Shown piece by piece: positions 25,080 through 25,097 of a DNA stretch of 25,097 nt. Position numbers and translations under genes: made by a program. The notes under the pieces are model-generated. The model searched no databases. It had not been told where the DNA came from and saw only the letters and a list, made by a program, of their open reading frames with translations. Origin of the DNA: Acidobacteriota bacterium (lineage in GTDB: Bacteria; Acidobacteriota; UBA4820; DSQY01); NCBI GenBank assembly GCA_049967655.1, contig JBMFSH010000004.1, positions 1 to 25,097 on the forward strand, in the 5' to 3' direction. Numbering within the stretch: the first letter of the stretch is position 1; each line of letters opens with the position of its first letter.

Positions 25080-25097
25080 TCCTTTTCCTCGCGTCCC

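Overview
High-GC bacterial chromosomal window. Nearly all real genes lie on the minus strand. In mRNA order (right to left) there are four blocks. (i) A surface-glycan block: DegT-family aminotransferase, NusG paralog, manC, rmlA, rmlC, rmlD, a ferritin-like protein, rmlB, a divergent second rmlB and an NTF2-like protein. (ii) An alpha/beta hydrolase and a DUF3887 exported protein. (iii) A PLP aminotransferase, a 947-aa glutamate-cysteine-ligase(GCS2)/M20-peptidase fusion and a small ferritin-like protein. (iv) A sigma70-driven operon of RHH regulator, AlkP-superfamily enzyme, cysC, PHP phosphatase, four-helix-bundle protein and a second AlkP enzyme, followed by a Cys-less HMA-like exported protein. 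The plus strand carries pilT and an AbiEii-type toxin-antitoxin pair. The most striking unexplained structure is non-coding. Many intergenic regions contain degenerate 7-, 8- or 9-bp tandem tracts, often arranged as a G-rich arm and a complementary C-rich arm. At one junction the loop between the arms is an entire four-helix-bundle (IVS-protein/Avd-like) gene. Another junction keeps the same arm and the same RBS but has no ORF. This suggests a family of filled and empty repeat-bounded cassettes. Other notable points are a shared C-terminal 'RLxx(L/M)GYL' peptide on CysC and the RHH regulator, the GCS2-M20 fusion, and REP-like palindromes with compensatory changes. All family assignments are from motif recognition by eye; no searches were run.
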